Below the pieces are notes generated by a model. That model saw nothing but the letters and a program-made list of their open reading frames with translations, made no database searches and was not told where the DNA came from. Below are positions 7,298-15,112 of a stretch of 26,362 bases of DNA, piece by piece. The DNA is taken from positions 1,613-27,974 of the forward strand of contig CAZHVX010000005.1 in NCBI GenBank assembly GCA_964536295.1, read 5' to 3'. The position numbers and the translations under genes were made by a program. Position 1 is the first letter of the stretch, and each line of letters begins with the position of its first letter. Source of the stretch: an uncultured Pseudomonadota bacterium. GTDB lineage: Bacteria; UBA10199; CAZHVX01.

Positions 7298-8092
7298 ATG
7301 AAAAAAGCCTTTGGGAGAGAACCCATTAGAACAAAGTCAGAGAAGGTTGGCAATGTCAGTCGTGAGGCCCATGCCGCCATGCGCGCGGAAAAGGCACGAA
7401 TAATCAGCGACATAGAGGTGCCGAGATTGTCAAAGATGAAGTATACCGTTCAGCACTGGGAGGAAAAACAAAAAGAGATTGCTGAAGAGGTTACTAAGGA
7501 CGAAGGAAAAATTGAAGTGGTAAGCGAAGTGGTCGAACCAGATGAAGAAAAGCAATCCTTAGAAGAGGGACAGCCCTTAAAGGAGATGGCAAACGATAGT
7601 TTGGAAAAATTTATCTCTAAGAAGGACGTGAAAGCAGGTATTAAGGGCGATTTGGAAACCTGGCAGCCCGTAGTCATAAATTTGAATGGCCAAAAGGTAG
7701 ATAAGGACAAAAAGGAGCCGCCTATAAAGGTAAATACGGCCTCGATATGGAGAGTTGCCCGAGCGGCGATGGCCCAGGAGTGGAGAAGAGCCTTGGGTCG
7801 ACCGCAGAAGAGTAGAACAGAATCGTATTATGAACGAGAGGCACGGGAGTGGGAGAAGAAGAAGATAGAGGAAAAAGAGCGGGTAGTGCGGGAAAAAGAA
7901 GAGGTCATGAGAAAGAGACAGGCCAAAATTGAAGCAAAAAGGTTGGAAAAAGAGAGGAAAGAGGCAGAAGAGAAGATGCGTAAAATGGAGAAGGCCCATA
8001 ATTGGGCAAGCGGTGGAAAAGGTGACTTAGGTATGGAGACGTCAAATTGGGATAAGAAAATTGCAAATGCAAAGGATGGAAAATTATTATAG
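7298..8092 (+). CDS. Hypothetical highly charged (E/K-rich) protein with a coiled-coil C-terminal half.
   Basis: The ORF is long and has an upstream RBS (AAGGAGTAT). No recognisable motif is present. Confidence 0.45.
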   Translation: MKKAFGREPIRTKSEKVGNVSREAHAAMRAEKARIISDIEVPRLSKMKYTVQHWEEKQKEIAEEVTKDEGKIEVVSEVVEPDEEKQSLEEGQPLKEMANDSLEKFISKKDVKAGIKGDLETWQPVVINLNGQKVDKDKKEPPIKVNTASIWRVARAAMAQEWRRALGRPQKSRTESYYEREAREWEKKKIEEKERVVREKEEVMRKRQAKIEAKRLEKERKEAEEKMRKMEKAHNWASGGKGDLGMETSNWDKKIANAKDGKLL

Positions 8093-8101
8093 GAGGGGAA
8101 A

Positions 8102-8383
8102 ATGAATGAAAAGTGTTTTACAGCAAAGGAGGTCGTAGCGACCATCACCAAGTTCTTTGAAGATGACCTGGGCAAGGTAGGGCGTGTGATCGAGGTGACC
8201 AACAAGGGAAATGGTGATGGCTGGAACGCCAGAGTTGAGGCCCTGGAAGAAAGCGCCTATATGCGTTCAATGGGCCGGGGAGACATGCTGGGTGTTTACG
8301 ACGTAACGCTGGATAATAATTTAAATGTTATGACTTATTCACGAAAAAAACTCCGTGAACGGACGTCGTTGGAAGAAGAATAA
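8102..8383 (+). CDS. gvpO: GvpO-like gas vesicle protein, paralog 1.
   Basis: The C-terminal motif ...GDGWNARVEALEESAYMRSMGRGDMLGVYDVTLDNNLNVMTYSRKK matches the GvpO pattern (GW.V.VEV.ER......D..G.Y.V..D....V.GYE). It is paralogous to 14739-15005. Confidence 0.6.
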   Translation: MNEKCFTAKEVVATITKFFEDDLGKVGRVIEVTNKGNGDGWNARVEALEESAYMRSMGRGDMLGVYDVTLDNNLNVMTYSRKKLRERTSLEEE

Positions 8384-8387
8384 ACGC

Positions 8388-8490
8388 GTTTATCCCCCTC
8401 CCTTGAGGGGAGGGGTTAGGGGAGGGTGGTCACGTGATCACCCCCACCTAGCCTCCCCCATCTCCGCCAAAGGCGGATCAGCCTCAGGCT
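8388..8490 (+). other. Hairpin-dense spacer: CCCCTCCCttgaGGGGAGGGG, a GGTGGTCACGTGATCACC region with the palindromic core TCACGTGA, CCGCCaaaGGCGG, and AGCCTcAGGCT.
   Basis: Four separate inverted repeats lie within about 100 bp between gvpO1 and hsp20. They could act as terminators, RNA-processing elements or operators. Confidence 0.4.
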
Positions 8491-8546
8491 GAAAGGATAT
8501 AATGGAGGTAGACTAAGGATGGAAAATTATTATAGGAGGAAATAAA

Positions 8547-9110
8547 ATGACCGAAAAGAAAAAAGAAAAAGAAAAGGATGGAGCCGATTTTGACATTGGT
8601 AGTCTTGGAGATTTGGGTGGAACAATTGGCGGTATATTTAAGGGACTAGGTGGTTTGATTGATTTGGCTTCAAAGTTAAAAGAAGCCGGTGGTGAGATGA
8701 ACAAGGCCGGTGAGTTCGATTTAGGTGAGAAGTTTAAAAATCTCAAAGGCGCCTATGGTTTTAACATCCGAACGGCAACTGGTAAAGATGGTACGGAAAA
8801 ACCGATAGTTGAACCCATTGGCAGAAAGGTGAGGGAAACTCCCGAAGGGCCGGTGGTGGAGGAAGAACTAGAACCGATTGTCGATGTATTCGATGAGGTC
8901 GATAAAATACAGGTAGTTGCTGAATTACCGGGCGTTACAGAAGATAAGATTAGTTATGAAATCGAAGGTGATATCCTAACCTTACATGCCGAGGGAAAAA
9001 AGAAATACAGCAAGGAGATATTGCTTTCATCCGCAGTTGATAAGGATGGTGTTACTACTTCGTACAAGAATGGAGTCTATGAATTAAAGATGAAGAAAGT
9101 AAAGCAGTAG
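8547..9110 (+). CDS. Hsp20/alpha-crystallin family small heat-shock protein, with a G-rich N-terminal region.
   Basis: The C-terminal alpha-crystallin-like fold VDVFDEVDKIQVVAELPGVTEDKISYEIEGDILTLHAEG...YELKM carries the 'AELPGV' and I-x-I/V-like motifs. The RBS AGGAGGAAA precedes the start. Confidence 0.75.
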   Translation: MTEKKKEKEKDGADFDIGSLGDLGGTIGGIFKGLGGLIDLASKLKEAGGEMNKAGEFDLGEKFKNLKGAYGFNIRTATGKDGTEKPIVEPIGRKVRETPEGPVVEEELEPIVDVFDEVDKIQVVAELPGVTEDKISYEIEGDILTLHAEGKKKYSKEILLSSAVDKDGVTTSYKNGVYELKMKKVKQ

Positions 9111-9119
9111 GAGAACAAA

Positions 9120-11309
9120 GTGGCAGACAAAAAACCAAAGAAATCGCAAAAAGGCACGACAAAAAAGAATGGCCTTCCGCTCAAGGTGGCCGAGGCCTTG
9201 AGTAAAGACGTCGGTCGCGGTATTGCCAGAATTGATCCTGCTTATATGGAAAACCTGGGCGTTTCTATCGGAGATATCGTTCAAATCGATGGGAAGCGTA
9301 AAACTGTTGCCAAGATTATGCCCACATATATGGATGACCGCGGCAAGAAGCTTATACAAATAGACGGTGTTGTCAGGGAAAATGCCAAATCTGGTCTTGA
9401 TGACAGGGTGTTTGTTGACAAGGCATCACATAATCCGGCCAGTCAAATTGTCCTGACTGCGTTGACTGCGGCTCCGGCACGTGGTGAAGATGCCCGTTAT
9501 ATTGGCAGGCTTTTCGAAGGGCTTCCTTTGGTGTCGGGCGATAGGGTAAGGGCCACACTCTTTGGTACACGCTCGCGTGATTTTAAAGTGGTCAGCACCA
9601 GCCCTGAAGGTGTGGTTTTGGTAACACCCACAACAAACATAAAGATCAAGGGTGAAAAGAAGGCTGCAGAGGAAAGGGGACCTCACGAGGTTTCATATGA
9701 AGACGTTGGAGGCTTGGGTAAGGAAATAAATAAGATTCGCGAGATGATCGAACTTCCATTACGGTATCCGCAGGTCTTTGATCGTCTGGGCATTGATCCT
9801 CCAAAGGGCGTGTTATTACACGGACCTCCAGGAACTGGAAAAACTTTAATTGCAAGGGCGGTTGCCCATGAATCGGAGGCAAACTTTTTTTCCGTTAACG
9901 GTCCTGAGATTGTGCATAAATTTTACGGTGAATCAGAGGCGCATCTTCGATCCATTTTTGAAAAGGCGGCGGAGGCGGCTCCTTCAATAATCTTTATTGA
10001 TGAAATAGATGCCATTGCGCCCAAACGTGCCGAGGTGACTGGCGATGTGGAAAAGCGCATCGTTGCTACACTTCTGGCTATGATGGACGGGCTTAAAGGT
10101 CGGGGTCAAGTCATTGTTATTGGCGCCACAAATATTCCAGATGTTATGGATCCGGCGCTTCGTCGTCCGGGCCGTTTTGATCGAGAGATTGTGATCGGTA
10201 TTCCAGACAAGAATGGCCGTGAACAAATTTTAGATATTCACACGCGAGGTATGCCACTGACCGAAGATGTCGACATTGGACATTTTGCGGCAATTACGCA
10301 TGGCTATGTTGGCGCCGATTTGGAAGCGCTTGCTCGTGAAGCAGCTATGATTTCGCTTCGTAAGGTCTTCGATAAGGTGGATTTTAATCTCGATGAAATA
10401 CCTTATGAAACATTGGTTTCTTTGGAAGTCAACATGGATTGTTTTATTCGGGCGCTCAACGAAGTTACACCCTCGGCCATACGCGAGGTCTTTGTAGAGG
10501 TTCCGGATGTTAAGTGGGAAGATGTTGGCGGTCTTGAAGATACGAAAGAGATCCTTAAAGAAACAGTGGAGTGGCCTTTAAAATATGAAAGACTTTTTGC
10601 TCATGCGAACGCCAAGGCGGCCAAAGGTATTTTGTTGGACGGCCCTCCGGGAACGGGTAAGACCTTGCTAGCAAAGGCCCTGGCCAATGAGAGTGAGGTG
10701 AACTTTATCTCCATTAAAGGACCTGAGCTCATAAGTAAATGGGTCGGCGAAAGTGAAAAGGGCGTTCGTGAAATATTCAAAAAAGCCAGACAGGCTGCTC
10801 CTTGCATTTTGTTCTTTGATGAAATCGACAGCATTGCACCAAGACGCGGTGGAGGCGAAGGAGATTCCGGTGTTACCCAAAGGGTTATAAGCCAATTTTT
10901 GACTGAACTCGACGGCCTTGAAGAGTTAAAGGGCGTGGTGATCCTGGGGGCAACCAACCGAAAAGACATCCTTGATCCAGCATTGATTCGTACCGGCAGG
11001 TTTGATTTATCAATAACACTCCCGATACCCGATTTCAAATCCAGAGAGGCAATATTCGAGGTCCATACAAGGAATAAGCCATTGGAGAAAAAGATCAATT
11101 TTAAGGAGATGGCCAGGGCAACTGAAGGTATGGTTGGGTCCGATATCGAGGAAGTGTGCCGGCAGGCTATCATGTTGGCGTTAAGAGAGTTTATCCACAA
11201 ATATGAGGATGACGCCAACAAGGAATGTGAGAAGTTCAAGGTCAAGGCCTCTCATTTTACAGAGGCATTAAAATACATAAAGAAGCAAAAAAGAGGTACA
11301 AGCCAATGA
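9120..11309 (+). CDS. Cdc48/VCP/VAT-type ATPase with two AAA domains and an N-terminal Cdc48-N domain.
   Basis: N-domain: [37 protein letters not shown]1 has Walker A GPPGTGKT, Walker B IIFIDEID and the SRH motif [14 protein letters not shown]2 has [17 protein letters not shown] and [10 protein letters not shown]. The start is GTG with AGGAG 8 nt upstream. Confidence 0.9.
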   Translation: MADKKPKKSQKGTTKKNGLPLKVAEALSKDVGRGIARIDPAYMENLGVSIGDIVQIDGKRKTVAKIMPTYMDDRGKKLIQIDGVVRENAKSGLDDRVFVDKASHNPASQIVLTALTAAPARGEDARYIGRLFEGLPLVSGDRVRATLFGTRSRDFKVVSTSPEGVVLVTPTTNIKIKGEKKAAEERGPHEVSYEDVGGLGKEINKIREMIELPLRYPQVFDRLGIDPPKGVLLHGPPGTGKTLIARAVAHESEANFFSVNGPEIVHKFYGESEAHLRSIFEKAAEAAPSIIFIDEIDAIAPKRAEVTGDVEKRIVATLLAMMDGLKGRGQVIVIGATNIPDVMDPALRRPGRFDREIVIGIPDKNGREQILDIHTRGMPLTEDVDIGHFAAITHGYVGADLEALAREAAMISLRKVFDKVDFNLDEIPYETLVSLEVNMDCFIRALNEVTPSAIREVFVEVPDVKWEDVGGLEDTKEILKETVEWPLKYERLFAHANAKAAKGILLDGPPGTGKTLLAKALANESEVNFISIKGPELISKWVGESEKGVREIFKKARQAAPCILFFDEIDSIAPRRGGGEGDSGVTQRVISQFLTELDGLEELKGVVILGATNRKDILDPALIRTGRFDLSITLPIPDFKSREAIFEVHTRNKPLEKKINFKEMARATEGMVGSDIEEVCRQAIMLALREFIHKYEDDANKECEKFKVKASHFTEALKYIKKQKRGTSQ

Positions 11310-12346
11310 AATATTTTCATGGTATCATAAGTAAGGGGGAGGAAATAAATTTCGGCTCCATTGGATTTCCACTTGCGGATTTTGAAACAAAATTTGGTAA
11401 TGTATTTACAGTTCCCTATGAAAATATGGGGGCAGTAGTCAGCGACATAGACGATATGGATTTTCAAACCCCGGATAAAGAGATGTTGGTACGAAGACTT
11501 TTGGTTCATCAAAAGGTGTTGGAGCATGTTGTTAAAGAAGGTTGTGGAATTTTGCCTGTGAAATTTGGTACGTGTCTAAATGATGTCGATGAGGCCTTGA
11601 AAGTTATGAAGATTGGTTATTTTAAATTCGAAGATGCAAGCAGAAGAATGGGGAAAAAACACGAGCTGGATTTGGTGGTTACATGGGATACTAATAAGAA
11701 GCTTAAAGAGGTAGCCCTGGAAAGTCAGGAAATACAACACTTTAAGCAGAAGATTGAAAAGATGCCAGAATCTAAATCTGCCGCTGAAAAGATGAAGATA
11801 GGGATGATGCTTCAAAAAGAGCTTCATCACGTCCGGGACGGAATTTCACGTGAGATTTTGTCGACCCTGGTTGATATTACCAAGAGTCGATCGGACCACG
11901 AGCTTATGGATGATAATATGGTAATTAATTCATCTTTTCTTTTGAATGACATGGAGGAAAAGACATTTGATAAAATATTGGCTGGGCTGGATTCCAGGTT
12001 TAACGGCGAATTGAATTTTAAATGTTTAACACCACTACCACCATATAGTTTTGCTACTGTTGAAATCAAAACGATAGAATTTGAAGAAATAGAAAAGGCC
12101 TGGAACTTGTTTGATTTTGGGAAAAAGACAACACTTAATGAAATTAAGGAAGTTAATCGGAAACTAACCAAGGAATGGCATCCTGATAAAAGGCCAGGGG
12201 ATCATGAGGCCCAGATCAAATTTGAAGGCCTGAACACCTCATATAAAACACTTTTGGATTATTGTGAAAGTGGGAAGGCCTCCCTTCCCAAAAAGGGCGA
12301 GAAGTTTTTTAAAGTAAATGTCGTTAAGGCAGAGGAGATGTTATGA
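11306..12346 (+). CDS. gvpF: GvpF/GvpL-family protein fused to a C-terminal J-domain (DnaJ-type, HPD motif).
   Basis: The N-terminus and core (YFHGIIS...AVVSD..., LVHQKVLEHV, LPVKFGT, and C-terminal LNFKCLTPLPPYSF) are collinear with the GvpF paralogs at 12343 and 13201. The C-terminal 75 aa, NEIKEVNRKLTKEWHPDKRPGDHEAQIKFEGLNTSYKTLLDY, carries the J-domain HPD tripeptide. There is a 4-bp overlap with the upstream cdc48-like gene. Confidence 0.8.
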   Translation: MKYFHGIISKGEEINFGSIGFPLADFETKFGNVFTVPYENMGAVVSDIDDMDFQTPDKEMLVRRLLVHQKVLEHVVKEGCGILPVKFGTCLNDVDEALKVMKIGYFKFEDASRRMGKKHELDLVVTWDTNKKLKEVALESQEIQHFKQKIEKMPESKSAAEKMKIGMMLQKELHHVRDGISREILSTLVDITKSRSDHELMDDNMVINSSFLLNDMEEKTFDKILAGLDSRFNGELNFKCLTPLPPYSFATVEIKTIEFEEIEKAWNLFDFGKKTTLNEIKEVNRKLTKEWHPDKRPGDHEAQIKFEGLNTSYKTLLDYCESGKASLPKKGEKFFKVNVVKAEEML

Positions 12347-13092
12347 CTACAGAAGGCAAGTATATATATTGCATCATCGGAACCAGTGATCCAAGGCACT
12401 TTGGTCCCATCGGCATCGGTGAACGGAACGATGAGGTGACTACAATTGGTGCCAGGGATATCTCTGCCATTGTCAGCAATACTCCGATGGAAAAGTATGT
12501 TGTCAGTAGAGAAAATCTAACTGCCCATGAAAAGATAATTGAAAAGGTGATGTCAGAATATACGGTGTTACCCGTCCGCTTTTGTACCGTTGCTACCAGT
12601 ACGCAGGAGGTGATGGATTGCTTGAAGAGGCGTTATCCCGAGTTCAAAAACCTGCTAAGAGATATGGATAACAAGGTAGAAGTTGGTTTGAAGGTAGTTT
12701 GGAATGACATGCAAACGGTGTTCGATGAACTTGTAGCTGAAAATGATGATATAAGACAGATGAAAGAAGCTGGCAAAATAAAGAAACGTAATGATTTAAT
12801 AAATGCTGGTAAAATTGTCGAAGCCATCTTGGAAGAGAAAAGAAGTATGGAGGAGGGAAGATTATTTCGTGACTTAAAGAAGGTTGCATCAGATTTTAAG
12901 AGTGCCAAGCGACATGGTGATAATATGTTGACCAATGCTGCGTTTCTGCTCGATAAGGGACGGCAGCGAGCATTTGATAATCAAGTAGAAACTTTGGTGG
13001 AGGAGAATAAGGATCGATTTACGGTTAATTATGTCGGTCCGGCACCTCCGTTTAATTTTGTAAACATTGAGATAAAATTTGCAGGGGAATAA
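12343..13092 (+). CDS. gvpF: Gas vesicle protein GvpF/L family.
   Basis: The N-terminus KYIYCIIG... and the C-terminal VGPAPPFNFV are typical GvpF features. There is a 4-bp overlap with the upstream gene. Confidence 0.85.
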   Translation: MTTEGKYIYCIIGTSDPRHFGPIGIGERNDEVTTIGARDISAIVSNTPMEKYVVSRENLTAHEKIIEKVMSEYTVLPVRFCTVATSTQEVMDCLKRRYPEFKNLLRDMDNKVEVGLKVVWNDMQTVFDELVAENDDIRQMKEAGKIKKRNDLINAGKIVEAILEEKRSMEEGRLFRDLKKVASDFKSAKRHGDNMLTNAAFLLDKGRQRAFDNQVETLVEENKDRFTVNYVGPAPPFNFVNIEIKFAGE

Positions 13093-13200
13093 AAAGTGTA
13101 TAGGTGTATAAGTGTATGAGTTTTTAAGTTAGGAAATGAAAAATTTAGACATTTTAACTTATATACTTATACACTCAAAAACTTATACACTAGTAAAGAT
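13093..13200 (+). promoter_or_regulatory. Intergenic module 1. Forward 8-bp tandem units (GTGTATAG GTGTATAA GTGTATGA GTTTTTAA) are followed by a central AT-rich segment and then the same units in reverse orientation (CTTATATA CTTATACA CTCAAAAA CTTATACAC).
   Basis: The direct and inverted octamer arrays are seen directly. The module lies immediately upstream of the gvpF at 13201. Confidence 0.55.
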
Positions 13201-13959
13201 ATGACAGAGCTTGGACAATACATATATTGCATAATAGGGGCCGACGAACCGAAACAGTTCGAATCGATTGGAATAGACGATTCTCATCCAGAGATATATA
13301 CTGTTAATTATGAAGGCTTGGCTGCCGTGGTGAGCGATTCGCCGGTGAAGACATATCAACTCTCACGCGCCAATATGATGGCCCATCAAAAGGTCTGTGA
13401 AGAGGCAATGAAAGGACATACAGTCTTGCCGGTCAAGTTTTGTACGATTGCCGAGAAGAAAGGAATGATAGAAGAAAAGGTCTTAAAGAGACGCTATAAA
13501 GAATTTCAAAAAATGATGATAGATATGAATGGTAAAACTGAACATGGCCTTAAGATGCTTTGGATGGATATAGACAAGGTGTTTGCACAGATCGTGGAGG
13601 AAAACGAGGATATCAAGGGACTGCGTGATTCTTTAAAATGGAAGCCGCATACGAAAATTCACTACGATATGATTCATGTGGGTGAAATGGTTGAAGCGGC
13701 CCTGAAGGAAAAGAAGAAGAATTTCGTAAAGGAAATAGTTAAACCTCTTAAGTTGCTTGCTGAGGATTGCCGTGAAAATGATACTCATGGAGACAAAATG
13801 ATCATAAATGCATCTTTTCTAGTGAGTGAAGAGAATCAATCCGAATTTGATAATCGAATTGGTGAATTAGAAGCTTCTTATAAAGAGGATATAAAAATAA
13901 AATACGTAGGTCCCATTCCACCATTCAATTTTGTAGAAATTGTGGTGCATTGGGACTGA
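13201..13959 (+). CDS. gvpF: Gas vesicle protein GvpF/L family.
   Basis: QYIYCIIG..., AAVVSD, LPVKF.T and C-terminal VGPIPPFNFV are present. It is paralogous to 12343-13092. Confidence 0.85.
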   Translation: MTELGQYIYCIIGADEPKQFESIGIDDSHPEIYTVNYEGLAAVVSDSPVKTYQLSRANMMAHQKVCEEAMKGHTVLPVKFCTIAEKKGMIEEKVLKRRYKEFQKMMIDMNGKTEHGLKMLWMDIDKVFAQIVEENEDIKGLRDSLKWKPHTKIHYDMIHVGEMVEAALKEKKKNFVKEIVKPLKLLAEDCRENDTHGDKMIINASFLVSEENQSEFDNRIGELEASYKEDIKIKYVGPIPPFNFVEIVVHWD

Positions 13960-14061
13960 TGGGAGTGTATGAGTATATGAGTGCATAAGTACATAAGCAT
14001 ATAAGTTGAAGTGATTGAAATTTCTATAATCTAATTTAGAAACTTATACACTGAGGTTAAT
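13960..14061 (+). promoter_or_regulatory. Intergenic module 2. An octamer array (GTGTATGA GTATATGA GTGCATAA GTACATAA GCATATAA) is followed by the conserved core AGTTGAAGTGATTGAAATTTCTATAATCTAATTTAGAAACTTATACAC, which contains a perfect TATAAT at 14025-14030. Candidate gvpG promoter or operator.
   Basis: The ~48-bp core is ~90% identical to 17126-17173. TATAAT is present. The -35 is ambiguous: TTGAAG sits 13 bp upstream. Confidence 0.55.
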
Positions 14062-14427
14062 ATGGGTTTAATATTAAACATACTGGGGGCACCGATAGCG
14101 GGGCCAATTAGGTTCTTACAGTGGACGGCCGAAAAGGTAAATGAAACCGTTCATAAAGAAAGGACTGACAAATCTAAGATCCAGGCGGAACTTCTATCGC
14201 TCCAGATGCGCATGGAAATGGATGATATTACCGAAGAAGAATTTACAAAGAGAGAAGATGAACTTCTGGCGCGATTAGATGAAATTAATAAAATCGAAAC
14301 AGGTGAACCAATAGAAAAGAAAACAAAAAAGAAAAGGGGGGCTTATGCCAAAGAAAAGAAAGCTGGGCAGGTCGATCAGCAAAAAGAAGAAAACGACAAA
14401 GAAAGTGACGAAGAAGAAGACGTTTAA
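14062..14427 (+). CDS. gvpG: Gas vesicle protein GvpG, with an acidic/basic low-complexity C-terminal extension.
   Basis: The N-terminus MGLILNILGAPIAGPIRFLQWTAEKV..., followed by EEEF..RE.EL...L, is the conserved GvpG pattern. The last ~35 aa come from purine-rich low-complexity DNA that is also read in another frame by the 14345 ORF. Confidence 0.75.
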   Translation: MGLILNILGAPIAGPIRFLQWTAEKVNETVHKERTDKSKIQAELLSLQMRMEMDDITEEEFTKREDELLARLDEINKIETGEPIEKKTKKKRGAYAKEKKAGQVDQQKEENDKESDEEEDV

Positions 14428-14716
14428 GAAAGCAGCAAAGAAAAAGACAGCGAAGAAGGCGACAAAGAAGACAACAAAGAAGACGACAAAGAAGACAACG
14501 GCAAAGAAAAAGACAGCTAAGAAGGCGACAAAGAAGACAACCAAGAAGAAAGCGGCAAAGAAAAAAACAGCTAAGAGAAAAGACAAAGCCACTTTACTAA
14601 AAGTAGAAAAGAGGCAGGTCCTTTCAGAAATTCAGGCATTACGTGAAAAGTTAAGAAAAGCACGTGCTAAGAATATTAAGCAAAGACAAACAGATTTTAC
14701 TAAATACACACGCTGA
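14345..14716 (+). CDS. Lysine-rich, histone-H1-like basic protein with K-K-T/A-T/A-K-K repeats. Candidate DNA- or surface-binding protein. It overlaps the 3' end of gvpG in the +1 frame.
   Basis: An independent RBS-like run AAAAGGGGGG sits 5 nt before ATG 14345. The protein MPKKRKLG...KKTTKKVTKKKTFKKAAKKKTAKKATKKTTKKTTKK... has a non-repetitive C-terminal 40 aa (LLKVEKRQVLSEIQALREKLRKARAKN), which suggests real coding. Low-complexity DNA gives open frames easily, so caution is needed. Confidence 0.45.
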   Translation: MPKKRKLGRSISKKKKTTKKVTKKKTFKKAAKKKTAKKATKKTTKKTTKKTTAKKKTAKKATKKTTKKKAAKKKTAKRKDKATLLKVEKRQVLSEIQALREKLRKARAKNIKQRQTDFTKYTR

Positions 14717-14738
14717 AACGCAAAGGGAGGTGAGCCTT

Positions 14739-15005
14739 ATGGCCGATTTATCAAAAGCAAAAGAAAAGATAGGTCAGTTTTTCACTGACGAACTCAAGAA
14801 GGATAAGGATGCTCTCAAGTTCCTAGAGGTTACTAAAACAGATGCCGGTTGGTGTGGAAGGGTAGAAGTGGCCGAGAGAAACATCTATCTTAAGAAAATG
14901 GGTTTTCCCAATGTGCTCGACAAAAATACGTACAACGTTCAGTTAGATCCCAGTCTTAACGTTATTGGGTACAAGCAGGAAGGCAACGAAAAAGAAGAAG
15001 AATAA
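14739..15005 (+). CDS. gvpO: GvpO-like gas vesicle protein, paralog 2.
   Basis: The RBS AAGGGAGGTG precedes ATG 14739. The motif DAGWCGRVEVAERNIYLKKMGFPNVLDKNTYNVQLDPSLNVIGYKQ parallels 8102-8383 and the GvpO pattern. The ORF-track start at 14664 lacks an RBS. Confidence 0.6.
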   Translation: MADLSKAKEKIGQFFTDELKKDKDALKFLEVTKTDAGWCGRVEVAERNIYLKKMGFPNVLDKNTYNVQLDPSLNVIGYKQEGNEKEEE

Positions 15006-15112
15006 AACGTAGAATCGCGGTGCCCCCCGATGTGTAGGGTGCGCCATGCGCCCTTTGACAAGGAAGCAAATAAAGGCAGCTTCTTTGTTAAAGCGCCCAT
15101 GAAAGGTGATTT

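Noticed and set aside
7450-8205. Minus-strand ORFs (7450-7710, 7577-7999, 7828-8205) across the charged-protein gene.
   Set aside because: These are antisense to GAA/AAG-rich coding sequence, giving F/L/S-rich low-complexity translations. Every supported gene in the locus is on the + strand.
10601-11245. A 214-aa minus-strand ORF inside the cdc48-like gene, plus other antisense ORFs (9373-9882, 9984-10226).
   Set aside because: These are antisense shadows of a gene with unambiguous AAA motifs on the + strand. No start context is present.
14275-14592. A minus-strand 105-aa ORF with poly-F/V composition opposite the lysine-rich region.
   Set aside because: It is the reverse complement of an AAG/AAA-rich low-complexity tract, which translates to F-rich nonsense. 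The tract is open only because of its low complexity.
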